DNA of 64,000 nucleotides, the filler included, from Sphacelaria rigidula (Eukaryota), in NCBI GenBank assembly GCA_964200075.2. It is 7 parts of 7 records of this genome, joined end to end, with 100 filler letters (N's around TTAATTAATTAA, not from the genome) between each part and the next. Parts side by side here need not be neighbours in the genome. Positions count along the whole stretch, not along the records: positions 36,651 to 45,712 come from CAXNAA020009399.1; positions 45,813 to 54,874 come from CAXNAA020009400.1; 5 more parts are not named here. One strand, 5' to 3'. The notes under the pieces were generated by a model. The model did not search any database. It was not told the DNA's origin and saw nothing but the letters and a program-made list of their open reading frames with translations. The first letter of the stretch is position 1. Each line of letters begins with the position of its first letter. Below are positions 40,406 to 53,401 of this stretch, piece by piece. The position numbers and the translations under genes are program-made.

Positions 40406-41003
40406 TTCATGATCTTGCATGCCGTAGTCATATGACCATTGGTCTCGCATTCCTACAAAGCTTGGACGGAGCACGCCGGGTTTTCGCTGGACCAGACTTG
40501 CATTCAAAACACCAAGCGCAAAGCACCATGATGTGTTCGGCGAGTCGCATGAAGTGCCAAGATTGTTCGGCCCGAAGCCTACTGATTATCTTGCATTTGG
40601 ATGACAGCCTACGATGAGTTGCTTTATTTTCTGGTATCGCCACTGTCAGAGACAGCCATGGCTTATACACTGCGTCATGGGTCTCACGATGGGGGGTGTA
40701 CTCATGACTATGTCATATGCATAGTCACGAGACTATTGACCTCGCATCGCTACAAAGCCCGGATGGGGCACGCCGGGCTTTCGCCGGACCAAGCTCGCAC
40801 TCAATCCCCGAGCGTGAAGCGCCGTGGTGTGTTCGGCGAGTCGCATAAAGGGTGAGCTGTATCCCGCCACGATTGTTCGGCTCGAAGCCAACTGACTATC
40901 TTGCATTTGAATGACAGCGTCCAATGAGTTGCTTTATTCTGTGGTATCGCCACTTCCAGAGACAGCCACGGCTTTTAGACTGCCTTATGGGTGTTTTACC
41001 ATA
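40406..41003 (-). mobile_element. Two head-to-tail family B LINE 3' ends
   Basis: Copies at 40406-40684 and 40697-41003. CACGATGGGGGG is duplicated at 40685 and 41004. Confidence 0.88.
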
Positions 41004-41279
41004 CACGATGGGGGGGGCGTAATCGTGTGGGAGAGAAAAATGAACCAAGTATGTCTTGTACCTGTTGTAACTTGTGCCTTTTGCACGAGAGACACAAGCT
41101 TTGGCACGTCTGTTGGTCTTCAAGCCATCTTTCAACGAAAAAAATATGGGCACAACGTCATCACACTCGTATGATTCTCTTTGTGTCAGGTGGATCCCTC
41201 CTCCCTGCAGGGATAACAAGCTTTGGGAGTGTGACAAACCATCTCTTCTTCTTGATATTTTGAAGTATCCTGTATTTTC

Positions 41280-43489
41280 CAGGGGTCTACACGTCGCACG
41301 TTCACGGTTCGTTCATCACGTTAAAAAAAATGAAAGTTCACGTTACGTTACGTATGTCACGTTAAATGTATTCTAACGTTACGTTAACGTTTTATTTGGA
41401 AAATTAACGTTACGTTCACTTTACGTTCATCACGTGAAAAAAACATAACGTTACGTTTCGTTACATGTAACGTAATATGAAACGTTTCAATTTCACGTGT
41501 CACGTCTAATATAACGTTACGTTGACACGTATAACGTTCGAAAGTAACGTTTCATTCTGTGCATGTCGCGGCTCATTTACCAGTGTTGATGCCTTGTAAC
41601 TTGTCGTGTCACGCGTGATGTTACCGTGTACGTGACGCTGACGATGATCTGTCGGCTACTTTTCATGTATAAAAAAAACTATACGAGAAATGCGTTTTCT
41701 GATGAACGACCAAGAACACACTTCTTACATGATCCGAAAACGCGTTTTGTTTCACAAAACATTTTCTGATAACATTTTCCGATAGCCCCAATTTATCAGA
41801 AAATCGGGATTTTCTCATAGCTTTGGGCTATCGAAACTTTTATTGAAAACGCGTTTGGAATCCCGTCGCACGCCAACACACCCTCTAGCCCACGACAGCA
41901 ATGGTGGCTTGGCTGCCATCACCACTGCTGTCGCTGGTGCTCGCGGGCAGTCAGCGTGTTGCTTCATTGTCCTTCGCTCGCCAGTATCATGGTGGTCCTT
42001 TACCCCATGAGAACAGCACAGGGCAAGGTCGATGACGAGTGCTGTACGAACACTCTGTATGTAGTTTGCACAGACAGTGTTGTAGCTCGCAGTTCAGGTT
42101 TGTGCATGCAGCGTGTTTTGAAGAGCACTCGCAATGCATTACAGACTGCCCACGCACCCAAGACTTGTAGAGACAGGATCGCACTGACTGTAGAGACAGG
42201 ATCGCACTGACTGTATACACAAGACCACAGTATAAGCAGTGCTACTACTGTAATGTCTACAGGGCTTGGGTGCTTGGGCAGTCTGTACTGTATTCGAGTG
42301 CTGTTTGCAGCACGCTGCATGCACAGACCTGGACTGAGCTGCAATACAGTGGAAACTACATACAGAGTGTCTGTACAGGACTCGTCATCGACCCTACCCT
42401 GTTCTGTTCTCATGGGGGTGAGGACCATCAGCCTACTGGCGAGCGAAGGACGGTAAAGCAACACGCTGGCTACTCGCGAGCACTAGCGACAGCAGTGGTG
42501 ATGGTAGTCAAGCCATCGCTACAGCCAATGCATAAAATACAGTCCTGTTGCCCGTGCTGTCCTTTCAGCCAAGTACTACCGTGCAGTGGAAAAGCACAAC
42601 CGTCACTTCTACAGCCAGTTATAGTACAGCAAGGCGGTGTTCGTATTGATCGTCTTGCGTCACGCAGCCCACCATATATTGCTCGAGCAATGTATCACAG
42701 TAGTACAGACAGTCAGTATGGATCGTACACCACAACACGGCAGCAGAGTGCTGCGTATCTCTCGCGCGCCCCAGAATTTGAAATCATGCCTGCACACCTC
42801 ACAGAAAACGATGAGAACTGCGTTTCTAATTTTGACAGAGCGTCGATCACGTGAGAAGAGCTACTTTGACAAATTATGTGGAAAATCGCGCTGTTGAAAA
42901 ACGGCTTGCCTGACAACGTGCTTCTCTATACATAAGAAGTAGCCTTGAATGTGGTCGAGATAATTATGATGTTATGATGCAGTGCTGCACGATAACTTGG
43001 AATGTGGGGTGTGGTGGGGAGAGCGCGAAATTGTTGCAATAGTACCATACCTATACCATGATCATTCAACCTCACTCGTGCTTATCGAAGCACAGTCTTC
43101 TGGAATTTGAAAATTCATTGCAAACTTGAAGTTTGACCACTTCATGTGCCATGTTCATGACGTTTCATGTAACTTGTGACGTAACATGCAACGTTACGTG
43201 TAACGTCTAACGTCTAATGCAGGCGTAACATGTCATAGACGTTACACGTTGCATGAAACGTTTCATATTACGTGATTTGAACGTTTGGGCAATTAAACGT
43301 TTATGTTACGTTACACATGTCACGTTAAAAAACATTAAGGTTACGTTAACGTTTCCTTTGAAAATTTAACCTCACGTTCACGTTACGTTCATCACGTAAA
43401 AACAATGCAACGTTCACGTAACGTTTCAGCCAAAACGTAACGTGAACGTAACGTGTAACGCCGTGGCACGTGTAACGTGTAGACCCCTG
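41280..43489. mobile_element. Non-autonomous hAT element (2.2 kb) with ACGT-rich subterminal repeats
   Basis: TIRs CAGGGGTCTACACGT / ACGTGTAGACCCCTG. Perfect 8-bp TSD GTATTTTC at 41272-41279 and 43490-43497. Confidence 0.93.
41905..42515. repeat. Long imperfect inverted repeat (~265-bp arms)
   Basis: 41905-42170 is the diverged reverse complement of 42255-42515. The spacer contains a short tandem duplication. Confidence 0.9.
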
Positions 43490-43548
43490 GTATTTTCAAG
43501 AGGTGGCACGCCACGCAGTTTCTGCACCGCCTCGCCCTCCTCCGCCCG

Positions 43549-43613
43549 CCCGGCTTTGTAGGGATGCGAGGCCAACGGTCTCATGACTGCGGGATCCAAG
43601 ATCATGACTACAC
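43549..43613 (+). mobile_element. Family B LINE 3' end
   Basis: CCCGGCTTTGTAGGGATGCGAGG...AAGATCATGACTACAC followed by a long C-run. Confidence 0.8.
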
Positions 43614-44289
43614 TCCCCCCCCCCCCCCCCCTTCCCCCCCCCGCCCGCCCCCTTCTTCCTTGACCTCAAACAAATATTCTGCATATTCGTCGCAATAGCC
43701 GCGGTACGAACGCCTCTGCAAGCAGCCGCATAAACTGCAAAAGTGGCCCAACGTACACGGAGAAGCCGTGAGGTGTCGATGATATCCTCCCATCATCCCA
43801 TCATTGATACATTTTATAGGGTGCGGCGTGGCCTCAGCACAACTCCAGATAAGTACCCGGCTGTTCAGCTGTTTTTCTTTTGTCGATTTACCACATCGGT
43901 TCGATGTTCCTGGTTATCGTTAATTTCGTACCGTTCTCTCGACTACAGTGTTTATCAAGTCTTTGCTCCCAGTGAAAAATCACACAGTACTTTCAATACG
44001 TGAACTGACTTCAGTTATAGGGGGGTGACGACGGCTAGCAGCTCAAGTATTCGGGTTAAGAGTACCTCCCCTCTCTTGAAGGGTTGGCGCCGGTTGGCAC
44101 CGGTTGGCAATGACGCTGTAAAATACACCACTCGCTGCGTAAGCTAAGCAACCAGAATACCGTTTTTTTCCCCTTGCATTTTTCTTGCGCCAACAATGGT
44201 GGTGGTAGAATTACATCATGTTGTGCGGGGTGGGAGAACCTCAATTTCGCGCAAAGAGGATGATTCTACTACGGTGTGTTGGAATGGTG

Positions 44290-44589
44290 AGAAACCCATT
44301 AGGCAGTGTATAAGCCAGGGCTGTCTCTGAAAGTGGCGGTACCAGAAGAAAGAGCAACTCATTGGACGCTGTCATCCAAGTGAAAGATAATCAATTGGCT
44401 CCGGGTCGAACGATTTCCGAAGGATACAGCTCACCCTTCATGCGACTTGCCGAACACACCACGGCGCTTCGCGCTTGGTGATTGATTGCCCGCCTGGTTC
44501 GGCGAAAACCCAGCGTGCTCCATCCCGGCTTTGTAGGGATGCGAGGTCATCGGTCATTTGAATACGGCATGCAAGATCATGAGCACACA
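44290..44589 (+). mobile_element. Family B LINE 3' end
   Basis: Translates VYKPGLSLKVAVP...GCEVIGH.NTACK and ends CAAGATCATGAGCAC. Confidence 0.85.
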
Positions 44590-45657
44590 CCACTTTCCAA
44601 CTCTTCCCTCCTCCCCAAGCTTCGGCTCAAGCAAATCATCGGGACAATGTACAATTTTTCACTCGCAGACTGCGTACCACACTCGCATTATCATAACATA
44701 TCGGTTCCCTTGACTCAAACCATCACACCAGTGTTCACGGACAATTTCAGCCCAGCATCCAAGGCTTTGGATGCAATGAGAAGATATTTTGGCCGCGATG
44801 AATATGAGAAACACGAAGTAAGTTGTCCTTTGGAGGGGCCAGGGGGGGGGGAGGGAGTGAGTTCTCACGTATGTCTTCGCCAAGCATCCCCAAGAGGAGG
44901 CAGCGGCACGGGGGGTTTTGTTGGTTCTCGAGCAAACATATTTTTTCAAGTGACACAATTAAACTCTCCAATTTTCCATAGATATGACGAAGAATCATAA
45001 TATTTTCCTGCCTCTCCATGTTCCCTGCGTCCTGTCGCACTACTACATGTGTTTGCCGATGGTACCCTAGTACTTGTTGGCTTGTCTATTCATAGATAAA
45101 ATGGTGTCCTGGTTTAATATAAATTCAATACGTTTGTTGTTTGGGAGTTGTTGGGGTTGTTGGGGGTGGATTACTTGTTTTTTTTATAAAAAGGGAACAC
45201 AATATATGGGCCCGTGGACTGAAACAATCCCATCCAGAAAATAGTTGAGATTGGGTACCGGTACGAACCAGTATTTATCTACACTCCAAAAGTACCCCTT
45301 TTGAAGCAGCAACGACTACAGATCAAAGGCGCCCGCCCGTTTCACAAGCGGTGGTGTTATGCATCAAGCTATGCAGCCGATTCCGGCCCAGCCTTACATG
45401 ATATCCCGTGTTCCGACACTTGCCCTTGGCGCGGACTGCCGCAGAGGTACACAACGAACACAGACGGGGGGAAATGCTGCGCCGGGAGTTACAGCAGGTG
45501 CCCCGAAAAAAACTGATACGTCCGGCAGTCGATAGATATTCCACGTACCGGAGGGGAAGGGGTACCCGGCACCGCACATACCCTCACTAGACTCATTAGG
45601 GTATGGTACCCTGTAGGTAGAGTAGGAGTCACGCTACGATAGGAGGGGGGGGGGGGC

Positions 45658-45712
45658 GTACTCATTTGTTGCTTGCCTTAGTCATTTGACCATTGACCAC
45701 GCATCCCTTTCG
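45658..45712 (-). mobile_element. Family A LINE 3' end at contig end
   Basis: G-run at 45645-45657 followed by CGTACTCATTTGTTGC. Confidence 0.88.
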
Positions 45713-47199
45713 NNNNNNNNNNNNNNNNNNNNNNNNNNNNNNNNNNNNNNNNNNNNTTAATTAATTAANNNNNNNNNNNNNNNNNNNNNNNNNNNNNNNN
45801 NNNNNNNNNNNNAAAAAAAGAACGCCCCCCCCCCCCCCCCCCTCACCCGATTCACCGTAAATAAAACTGTACGCTATATAGGGCGTCGGACACAAGAGCG
45901 TCTAGTGTAAAATAGTGTTTCGAAAATGATCATTTTTATTCGGATAAAGTATGGGAAGAAAGCGGACACGAGTGTATTGATTTCAGTATGGAGCGGCAAG
46001 ACATTTACGCCAATAATATATTTGATAATAAGTTTGATCATTATTACTTCCGCACATTAGCCCGATATCTCGAACCCGCGGTCACAGATGTAGGCTTGCC
46101 TTACCAGCACCTTCACTACTATTCTTCACAAGAGATAGAAGCGCTTACCAGTGTTGTTCCTTTTCAGTAATATGGAGGTGGTACAAAGGGAGACATGGGC
46201 GCCCAAACACAGCGCACCCGGCGTCTGATGGTGCTGAAACTTAACGTATGTGCGGCTTGCAGCCGCAGGTAGGTGTTGACGCAGCACCGGCGACCGAAGG
46301 CGTTTTGTGCACTGTGTGGTTCGAAAGGATGATTATGCACGATGATGCGATGATTCCTAAAATTATATCACCTTCTAATGACAATTCTAGGCAGCGGCAG
46401 ATCTTGTCAGCGTTGTCGTTTAGGTCGGCCGCTTGTCGGTCAGGGCTGGCAGCAGCACCGCAAAGAACCACCGGTCAAGGGTCGCCATATGCTAGAGGTA
46501 GATGCCCTCAGGTTATACACGACGTGTCGCGCAAGACGCGGCCGTGCAGCGTAGCCGAAGAGTAGAATGTCTTCTGCCAAGGACCACTGCGGACCTGTTC
46601 GGGGAAAGGGCAACTTCTCCTTCCAAAAAGTGCCAGACTTAGCGGGTCGGCTACCACGACGGTCTGACGAAGACAGGGGTGGTTGCTGTAGTATCCTTCT
46701 ATCAGACTCAACCGGAAATTCTTACGGTGCACGCTCCCAGGTGAATATCTTGAGCTTTCTCTGAGAGGCGCGTGATCGCCCTTCTGTGCTTTTTTTCCCA
46801 ACATGTCACTTCGTTCCAGAATAGGACAGGGTGCAAGTTCCAATTTTCAATTTTCATGGATGAATCGCGGGTATTCCAGCCTAGCCGAGGTGTGTTTCGC
46901 GTCGTACAGTCAGTACTACAGTACTCGTTGTCCTGCCGGCTAGAATTATACAGTGTCAACTTGGTCGGGTATTACCGGGCCGCGATAATTTTCGTGTATC
47001 GAGTGCTTCCTCTCTCCGCAGTGGTATGCAGCCTTCCCCTCCGGTTGTCTCAGCGACGGCGCAGGTCTGCAGCGCCATCTTGCAGTGCTGATGTGGACAC
47101 CTCTCTTCCAAGGACGTGTGCCCCTCTAGTCTCGGCATGTTCGAAGCCTTGGATCATGACCGTTTCTCATGGACACCGCGGATGATGAATTATAACCTC

Positions 47200-47477
47200 T
47201 GTAATTATTATTATTTTTCCTCACACTTTGAACCCCTCCCCTCCCTCGAGATGAGCCCGTGGTCTCAAGGGATCAACCCATCTCTCGCCCGGTACGTGCC
47301 TTTCATTTTGGTCTCCCGGATTGGGTCAGCACTCCCAGTCGACTACATTGTTTAGTCACGTTCTCACGCTTTCCACGGTGGAAATCATACATTACGGAGA
47401 AAAAACCCAACGCATCGGGAGTCGAACACGTTTTCTCCACCCTAATGGCAACAGTCGGACCACTACACCACCGGGGC
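47200..47477 (-). mobile_element. tRNA-derived SINE (second family), copy 1
   Basis: Minus strand GCCCCGGTGGTGTAGTGG (A box), GTTCGACTCC (B box), tail AAAGTGTGAGGAAAAATAATAATAAT. Confidence 0.85.
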
Positions 47478-47654
47478 GCGGCGGTGACTACGTAAAATGC
47501 CTGCAGAATATTGAAAAGGAACAACACTGTTATTGAGCGGCTTGTTCTTAGACTCCAAAACAAAACAAAACAATACAGGAAACAAAAGGGACGTACAGAG
47601 AGCAGAAGATAAACAAAGACTCCACTACGTTGTAATTACTTGATATTGTATTTT

Positions 47655-47962
47655 AGTTATCTATTTGTCGCACTTTGAACCCCTACTCTTCCTCGGGACG
47701 AGTCCGTGGTCTCAAGGGATCAACCCATCTCTCCCCGGTACACGCCTTGCATTTTGGTCTCGCGGATTTGGTCAGCACTTCTGCACCCCGCCAACGCTCG
47801 TCGAACACACTGACTCAATTACTTTTTGTTTACTCACGTACTCACGCTTTCCACGGTGGAAAGTAGAAACTCGGAAGAAAACATCCAACGCTTTGTGAAT
47901 CGAACACGTTCTCTCCACCCTAGTGGTAACAATCGGACCATCGTAATTTACACTACCGGGGC
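47655..47962 (-). mobile_element. tRNA-derived SINE (second family), copy 2
   Basis: Colinear with 47200-47477. B box GTTCGATTC, tail AAAGTGCGACAAATAG. Confidence 0.85.
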
Positions 47963-47982
47963 GTGCGGGCATATATCGGACT

Positions 47983-48429
47983 TGTTACAAGATGCTTTGA
48001 CCGCACTGTTGCAGAACCCCTGCTGTCCTACAACTTCGACACCCACCTCCCGCTGGAGGATATCCCAACACTTGGGGGTAGTAGCACACAACTTACCGCT
48101 AATGTCAACCCCCCTCCTCTCTCCACCGAACCCCCCCCCCTGACAGGATGAGGGTAAGGTAGAAGAGTAGTGACATGAACTAGGGTTTACATCAAGAGAT
48201 GAGGGTTAGGTAGAAGAGTAATGACACGAACTAGGGTTTACATCAAGAGATGAGGGTTAGGTAGAAGAGTAATGACACGAACTAGGGTTTACATTAAGAC
48301 TCGCGGGAGAAGGGCTTTAAAAGTCACCGTAGAGTTCGTGAGAGAACTCTTCATGTTCTCGTGTGAGACATGGATGACAGCTTTTATATTGAAATCTACA
48401 ACGATGTTGTCCTCATACCTCTAGTAACA
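47983..48429. repeat. LTR-like segment containing a 3x 51-bp tandem repeat (48147-48299)
   Basis: TGTTACAAGA ... TCTAGTAACA termini (9/10 inverted match). No TSD seen. Confidence 0.4.
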
Positions 48430-49992
48430 CCATGCCCAATACAGTAGGGGAGAAGAACGCCTGAACCCCGAACCTCGAACCCCGAAGCGCCCCCCTAAAA
48501 TCTACCGAATTTTAACGTCAGGGGTCGCTTGTCTGTCTTGGAAACTGAAATGCGGGTAGCCGTGGGCGATGACGGACAGCGCAGTTGGTTATATTACCCA
48601 ACAATCATGTGTATTATACCGTAATAGTGCCGAACACGCCTGGTCATCAAACCATCAAGTTGCCGAACAATGCCTAAGGAGGGATAGAGAAAACGCGACT
48701 TCCACCTCTATTATTATTTCAGCTGGTCGCTCTCGATCTGTAACGACCACGTTTGGGTTGCTGCAAGGGGTGCTGGGTCGGTGATCAAGTGTCTTGAATG
48801 CAAAATCAATGATTATTTACAGGGTCAAGTTTGTTAGCTCTCATCTCACGTGCCAACTCCCCCTTGTCCGAGACATTCCTCAAACAAGGCGAGCCCAAAT
48901 CCGACGAGAAGCGCGAGGCCCACCTCAGATTCAGTTTTTCTTCTTGCCATCCTTCACGCCTGAGAGCACGGTCGCAATGGTCACTGGGGCGAACGACGAT
49001 TATTCGAGCAGGACGTGCGCACAGCAGTCACGCAAGTGCATCGTCAAGAGTGAGTGCGCCACTGTGATGTTCCATCCCTGGTTCCATCACGATTGCTCTA
49101 ACGTGCTCATGAATTTGCACCGCACCCAATGTTCGTTGACCAATGATATGAAGAGGCGGCCTGACTGAATAAAAAGTTAGAGGTTATGCTGTACATACAA
49201 TTAAATACTTTTGGTATATCTGTCGTCGTAGATCTTGGTCAGATGAAGTTATTTTGTACCGAATGCCGTAACTGATCAGGGTAAAAATGGCAACCCCGGC
49301 AGGCGGTAGGTTCACAAATAGCTCGACAACCAATACTGGCGGCGCGAACAGTGAGGCTTATCGATTCGCCCGACCGTAAGTTCTCACAGACGGTGTATCT
49401 GCCCTCCTTTTTTTCCCCCACTACATGCAGGTTTAGTGTATACGGTATACGGTGGCGAGCCCTATATTGTACCGTGCAGTACGGTACAGATATCCCAGTA
49501 CAGCTTTCAGTCGTTGAATACCATAGTAACATCTCGTTGTTTATTAGGAACAGAAGAAGTACCCCAGAAACGATGACGACGACGATGACGACGACAATTG
49601 TTATACTCAACTCTGAAGTCCCAGTTGTATGGGGGTGCAACAACAACCCCGTTGTGGTCGTCAGGTACTGAGAATTCCGTCACATTAGCTCAATAATCGA
49701 GACCAGTAAAACGCAGGTGCAACAGACAACGACGAACCAACACAAACAAAAAGTACTAGCAACGGCAATAAGCACCAGCAAAGGCAAAGACAACAGTTTC
49801 AACAGCTAGAGCGACGGCGATCAGAATAGCGACGACGACAACAAAAGCAACACGAACCGGAAGCTTCTGGATACAACTACACGCTAGGAAAATACTTCCG
49901 ACGCAAACTTGCGGACACCCCGAGAAGAAACAAAGAAAGCAGAACTGTTTGGCGCCCTCTACACCTGCCGCTGACGACCTCTGCAGCGAGTA

Positions 49993-50498
49993 ATGGACGA
50001 CCTAGACTACTCCTGGTACCCTGGCGCCGGAGGCTCAGAAGCCCAGAACATCATCCGGCAAGCAGAGGCCGCGCCAGATTCCCCATTCCGTCCCCGGTCA
50101 AGACGACGCTCCGATAACCTTGGCAGCGGAGTGGTGGCGCCGCCAAACCCTAATCCATTTTCAACACCTAACAGTAGTCAAGTGCCGCTGTCGGTAGCGG
50201 CTGCGGGAACCCCGGCCGGCGCCGGCACTTCAAGCGGGGGAGGGGCGGTGTGGCAAGGAATAGTGCTGTCGGTGCTATTGGGTAAGCAGCCAGTGGCAGA
50301 AGCGCTGGTGAGCTTCTTGACCCTACGGGATGTGTTCAAGACGGGCAGTTCGTGCAGACTACTGATGAATCGGCTGGTGATATGTGGCAATGCGATTCCC
50401 CTGGCTACTGCTAATGGGAACGGGAGTAATGAGGCTGTTAATGGCGGAGGGGGGGTGGAGAGCGGTGCTGTTGCTGGTGATGATAATGCTGCACGACC
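49993..50498 (+). CDS. First exon of a host gene with an F-box-like motif
   Basis: ATG after an AC-rich leader, 168 open codons, GTAAGT donor at 50499. VAEALVSFLTLRDVFKTGSSCRLL resembles the F-box pattern. Confidence 0.7.
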
Positions 50499-53088
50499 GT
50501 AAGTGTGTGTCCACGTGTCTTTATCTCTTCTCTGTGCATCTGTGTTTTTAGATGTGGTGTGAAGCCATGTGCTGGATTTCGATGGGTGAAGGTGGGTGGG
50601 TTTGATGTGCGGCAATTCGGACGGCTGCTGTTTGCGCTTGCCCATGGTTATTCTCTCCATGTGCTGAGCAAGGTATGCATCCCAGGTATTCTACTGAATG
50701 TAGTACCAAGTGTGTTTCGGAAGACCGCACTGTATCCTTTTGGTAATCCACATGATATATTTGCGTATCACAACAAACAACGGGATACGGTCCTCTCGCT
50801 TCATGTTCGTGTATTGCGTTCATGGTTTCGAAGGCATTTTATTGGCTGCACTATACAGACGGTCTTCAGGTGTTCATTCGTACTGGCCTGTCTCGCCGTC
50901 TGTGCCTGCCGTTTGTGCCAGACCGTCTATACCTATATCGTTGTACTGTACTACACTGTACTGTCTGTACTGACCGTTGTGCTGTACCGTACTTTCTGCA
51001 CATCCATGTAAATGGTTTCAAACGAGCGGAGTCATGTTTGCCGCACACTTGATGTTGTCTGGAGATGACTAGAATCCATCTCTCGGGTGCGAAGTGCTCG
51101 ACTTGACCAACACGAAACGCATCACTTACGTGCAGTAAGCACAAGATGTAACACAAAGGCTGCCAATAGACGCATCCTCCTCTCGTTTTGACACCTAGGT
51201 ACTGTACCGTGCTGCACGTACGGTCAGGTACTACTGTTGTGATGATACCGTAGTGGCGCATGATCGATTGTCGTCTAGCTGGCCATCCAGCTCTTGCTTG
51301 GTAGGTTACTCGCGTAGGCAATGGTGGTGTGCTGTCGATTTACGCGCATGACGAAGAGGTCATCTCTCTTGCACACACTCGGAACATTTATATTATTCGA
51401 TGGTTAGTATATGACCAAAAACAGTCCATCGGTGATATCACATTCCTTGCACTTTCTTTCGGCTACATTTAATCCTTTCACCACCACAGTGGGGCATCTG
51501 GCTGGGCCCTCACTCAGATTTCAAGTGGAAATGGTGCCTATTCAACGGATGACTCGCACTCTGCCTGTCAAAGGTCAATAATCCCCGACTCCCTCTGACA
51601 CGCTGTTTCCTAAATCTCGTCTCTGACAGTCCCGCCAGCTTTTTTAGGAAGACTATAGCATAGGTGTAGCTTGTGTCTACCTGACCGTATGGGAGCTGGA
51701 AGGAATTGGCGAGTTTTCTGCGTTCGTACTGGGATTGCACAGCGCGACCGTGTGGCGTTTCCTTGCCTACATGTTCAAACCACAACAGCCGACAGAGGTC
51801 GCCCTGGTCTCCCCAATTCTCAACGCCACCGCTCATACCAGTGAACGCTTGATCCCAACGTCTGGGGATCGACAGGTACTAGGCATCCGCTCCACATCCT
51901 GAAAAAAGTAGGTGTTGCGCTAGCTTGAATGACGTACGGGCTGAATTGACAGCTGATTTCAGTAACCGTTTTCGGTCCAAAACACTTTTCTTTTAGGCTC
52001 TAGCGTAATCAATGGGTGAAAATACAAAATACGGGTCCGTGAAATTACTCACGAGAGCAATCAAGATTGATCCCCCCCGCCCCCCTGTGCTTTACAGAGC
52101 TCGGTTGGGCAAGTTTCGTCGTTGAATATTTTTCTCGTACATGGTTCTTTCCTTGGTGTCGACAGGGTCTGGGAAAAGGGGCAGGTGGTGCTTAGGACAC
52201 AATTTACGAGTTGGTGTTATCGGAGTGATCCGGAGTAAAGGCCGAGTTTATCAGGGGGTGTTATCGACCATTGGTGGTCCAAAAAATACAGTCTTCCGCT
52301 CTAGCGCAATGAACAGGTAGAGATGAAGGAAAAACGTACGTTTGTTCACAAGAACGACGGGGGTTGCTTCAATCGGGCAAAATAACGGAGGATCAGAACC
52401 TGGGGGTGGGTAGGGGCAGGAGACGCAGGGACCTCGTAAGTCGTTCAACATCAAGTGTGGAGATGATACACACACGCGCGCGCGCGCGCGCGAGCCCGCC
52501 TCGCGATAAAATTCAGGCAACCACCACAGAAGGAAGGTCGGTGGAGCGGAGGGGGGTAGTCGCCCAGATGGACGGAACGAAAATACACACCCGCGCGCGT
52601 GTGCCGTGCCTATACGCCTTTGCAGTTGATGCGCAGTTGTCGGTGGTACGCCCATCCCACCTATCTGTACGAGCTGGACCAGCCAACAGTGGGTATTTCT
52701 CTCGTTCAGGCGACGCACAGCGTAAAATTAGGAGTTGGACGCTGAAATTTTGACAGCAGCTTATTGCGATCGACATGCAGAATATGGCGATAGCAGCAAA
52801 GAAAAAAAGGGGGGGGAAAAAGGAATTCATGGAGATTTCAATTTTTAGCAAAAACAAGATAAGTCCAGGAAAAAAACGAGAACCTACAGCTGCGCCCGTG
52901 ATGTATTACTTCCTTGGGTGCAAGAGGTCTTCCTGAAATTTCAGCTCAAGGATCGTCGAATTGGGCGGTGCGTGCAATGTTTTGCGTGACGCTGCTGCAC
53001 CCCTATAGTTCAAGTGATGAAAGACTCCAATTATGGAAGTCACGAGTTCGAATCCCGACAGATTCTCTATTTTTTCCGGCCGCCGTTA

Positions 53089-53401
53089 GGCTGTTTCTTC
53101 CGGTTCGTATTTTGTTCGGCTCGTATTTTCCACTTTTAGGACATTTGACAAGGTTTTTGACCTAAAAATATCTACGGAGTGTGCAATATATGTTTTCCTC
53201 GTATTTTTGTCCAGAGGCCGCTCTCGAAATCTCTGACCCAAGCTAATCGGAAAAGTGGGCTAGGCTCCTGTCGGTGGGGTGATAAAAAATGTCCAAGATG
53301 TGTGGTGGCGATTTTCCCTGTTTGGGGGGTCAAAAACGTTGCCAAATGTCCTAAAAGTGGAAAATACGAGCTAAACAAAATACGAACCGGAAGAAACTGC
53401 C
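53089..53401. mobile_element. PIF/Harbinger (Tourist-like) MITE
   Basis: ~73-bp TIRs starting GGCTGTTTCTTCCGGTTCG. TTA TSD at 53086-53088 and 53402-53404. Confidence 0.92.

Noticed and set aside
46150-46900. Possible Gypsy integrase C-terminal relic
   Set aside because: Resemblance is too weak to support without a search.
52995-53060. tRNA gene (TAGTTCAAGTG ... GAGTTCGAATCC)
   Set aside because: A/B boxes are present but there is no convincing acceptor stem. It is at most a SINE head or pseudogene.
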